Shown one piece after another: positions 62,721 through 64,000 of a stretch of 64,000 nt of DNA. The notes under the pieces were generated by a model, which searched no databases, was not told the origin of the DNA, and worked only from the letters and a program-made list of their open reading frames with translations. Every line of letters starts with the position of its first letter. The first letter of the stretch is position 1. Origin of the DNA: Convolutriloba macropyga. Lineage: Eukaryota. Where the stretch lies: contig NC_134471.1 in the NCBI RefSeq assembly GCF_964194025.1, positions 27,776,001 through 27,840,000 on the forward strand, written 5' to 3'. Both the position numbers and the translations under genes were made by a program.

Positions 62721-64000
62721 TTTTTGTGTCTACGTAGTCCTTTTATAAGGAAGACTCTTTGATGTTAAAATGAGGAGAATGTGACGATACACATTTCTTG
62801 CAGGTAACATCTTATAATTATAGTGCCTTGATCAGTGTGATGTCATAAAACTGTTTGAAATTGTGGCTTCTTTACATAATTGTTGTTATTTTGTGGGATC
62901 GTGGCTTAGTGTCACTATTAACAGGCCCAATTTGATTCCTGAGGTATTGCAATTTAATCCATTGCTGTTTGGTGAAATCTTGAGTCTGTTGTGACTTTTG
63001 AAAGTATTTGTTTTCAAAAACAATTAGGTTTGTGAGCTTTATTTTTTAAAATAATTTTTCGGTCGATTTATAGCTCAGTCTCTGTAAACGCTGGTCACAA
63101 ACTGTTTGCAGTGCACTCTAGTTCAATCTTTATTACGGTTTTTAGCTTTAATCATTTGTTTCTCGGCTTTGTTACTATTGTTACCACGAGAGTTCATAAA
63201 ATATTTAAGATTTTTTTTATTTGTCCTTTTTATAGGATTTTGGTTTTCTTTTTAATGTATAACAATTATCGTAGGTCCCATTGGCTTTGAATTGTTGCGC
63301 AATTAAATATTGGATAATGACATGCCTCAATTGCTTCCTATGGAGGTATAAATGAACATTTTAGGGATTTCAGTGAAATTAATTGTTTTCAAAAACAGAA
63401 ACGTATTTTTGAATTTCGCCCGTCTTTGCTCTTTTTGTCGACCTGTTAACCAGTCGCATTGAGGACAAGTCCCATATTTTTTCTAATTGAGTTTAGGTTA
63501 AATGGTTTCGTTTTGGTTTTATCTGATTCGAGTTTGATTTTGTTAAGGTTTTATTTATATCTAGTTTTGGTCGTAAATAATGTTTGTTGTTTGAAATTTC
63601 TTATTGTTTATTATTGTTCTTTCTAGTAGTCCTATTATCAACAACGTTCATCGGCCCTCTAGGGTGGCATTATTGTATTTCATTGGTTGTTTATCGAACG
63701 ATATGTATGTTTTTTAAAGTTTTCTATATCTTCATCATTTGGTAGCCAATTTAGTCAAGAATGTGGATGAGCGGGGTCGGAACATTATGTGCGTACGCAC
63801 ATTACCGAGCAGATTTTTTTCATCTGTATCCTTTTTGCGTTCCCTTTTGTTATCTTGTAACCGAATCTCACTAATTAGAGGTCTCAATTACTTTTGTTGA
63901 TTCAAATATTTCCTTTGCGCTTGGTTATACTTTGTGACTGATTGCCTCGACCTTCAATTTCATAAAAAGTTTTTGAGATTTCTATACTTTTCAGTTTCTG

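Overview
Repeat-dense, AT-rich eukaryotic DNA, most likely an invertebrate animal (short GT-AG introns; CR1/L2, RTE, Gypsy and Penelope relics). The one clear host gene is the 5' part of kinesin KIF6 (nine exons, 53485-59412, + strand). A frameshifted, catalytically dead trypsin-like gene lies at 6635-7301 (-). The rest is satellites, MITEs, a decayed L2/CR1 LINE, a decayed Gypsy element and a Penelope GIY-YIG fragment. The standout is 32.3-46.8 kb: seven same-orientation RTE-type retroelement copies from three diverged families, six of them in a head-to-tail array, associated with (TAG)n tracts. The best-resolved unit (45005-~46710, ~1.7 kb) starts exactly at G1 of a fully paired HDV-like ribozyme. 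It lacks the endonuclease and the N-terminal half of the RT, but keeps an open ~500-codon frame encoding the C-terminal RT half, with a KOW-like motif and two C2HC zinc fingers inserted between RT motifs 6 and 7. A conserved putative 3' stem-loop precedes the (AGT)n tail. Eight N-gaps hide most junctions, which limits certainty.
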